From Promethearchaeota archaeon (GTDB lineage Archaea > Asgardarchaeota > Lokiarchaeia > Sigyniarchaeales > SOKP01): 16,877 bases of DNA. Within the stretch, counting starts at the first letter, position 1. Each line of letters opens with the position of its first letter. The stretch lies in the NCBI GenBank assembly GCA_048940925.1, contig JBHLOC010000005.1, positions 1 to 16,877 on the forward strand. The letters are read 5' to 3'. Below the pieces are notes generated by a model, which did not search any database, was not told where the DNA came from, and saw only the letters and a list, made by a program, of their open reading frames with translations. The position numbers and the translations under genes are program-made. Below, one piece after another: positions 16,684 through 16,877 of this stretch.

Positions 16684-16814
16684 TCTCACCCCCTCCACAC
16701 TTAAATTTAGAGTTAAATGCATTTACTCTCAAATTAAGCTTAAATCAAAAAAAAAAGATATAAAAGATTTTAGTCTAAAAATATGATTCAAGAGTTAATA
16801 TTAACTGGTCAACT

Positions 16815-16877
16815 TTAATTTTTATGTTTCTCTACATCTTTAATATTTTTATATTCCCATTTCTCGTCAGGTACTCT
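16815..16877 (-). CDS. Possible C-terminus of a gene entering from the right edge
   Basis: Open frame ...RVPDEKWEYKNIKDVEKHKN*, followed on the minus strand by a T10 run (plus-strand A-run 16747-16756) that could act as a terminator. Confidence 0.3.
   Translation of the reverse strand, partial: RVPDEKWEYKNIKDVEKHKN

Larger units (their letters stand above)
16501..16697 (+). tRNA. tRNA-Leu(UAA) with three non-canonical introns
   Basis: Exons 16501-16524, 16577-16604, 16633-16651 and 16684-16697 join to an 85-nt sequence: GGAGGGGTTACCGAGTTTGGTCAA|AGGTGCTGGACTTAAGATCCAGTGGCAA|AGGCCTTCGTGAGTTCGAA|TCTCACCCCCTCCA. Acceptor stem GGAGGGG/CCCCTCC, D stem ACC/GGT, anticodon stem CTGGA/TCCAG with TAA at 16589-16591, variable arm GGC-AAAG-GCC, T stem GTGAG/CTCAC with loop TTCGAAT, discriminator A. 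CCA is not encoded. Confidence 0.93.

Noticed and set aside
16598-16786. 62-aa plus-strand ORF
   Set aside because: Overlaps the tRNA exons and introns; the sequence is fully explained by RNA structure.
16793-16806. 14-bp palindrome AGTTAATATTAACT
   Set aside because: Almost all A/T, single copy, and plausible by chance in this base composition.
1-16877. CRISPR array, IS element, integrase or att-site duplication at the tRNA
   Set aside because: No regularly spaced repeats, transposase/integrase motifs, or second copy of the tRNA 3' end were seen in the window.

Overview
AT-rich archaeal DNA, most likely from an Asgard archaeon (Lokiarchaeia-like). That assignment is inferred from an archaeal proteasome beta subunit, a geranylgeranyl reductase, a Loki-CTERM-like surface anchor, a stand-alone uDENN/longin-like protein and BHB-type tRNA introns. 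From left to right the window holds: a truncated HhH-domain gene; an unannotated dapA pseudogene; an SBBP beta-propeller surface-protein gene frameshifted in an A8 tract; a possible Rab-like P-loop relic; a PflX-like radical SAM gene; an IFT52/GIFT-like gene; psmB; a geranylgeranyl reductase; an EamA transporter; two tandem paralogous membrane proteins; a class V aminotransferase, a SerA-like dehydrogenase and DUF1015 (a putative serine-metabolism cluster with two tiny ORFs inside); ogt; a coiled-coil/winged-helix protein; and a uDENN/longin-like protein. The standout is a 197-nt tRNA-Leu(UAA) gene at 16501-16697. It is split by three non-canonical introns (D-loop 21/22, variable-arm loop, T-loop 59/60), has none at the canonical 37/38 site, and splices on paper to a normal 85-nt tRNA. 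All calls come from manual reading and motif recognition; no database searches were run.
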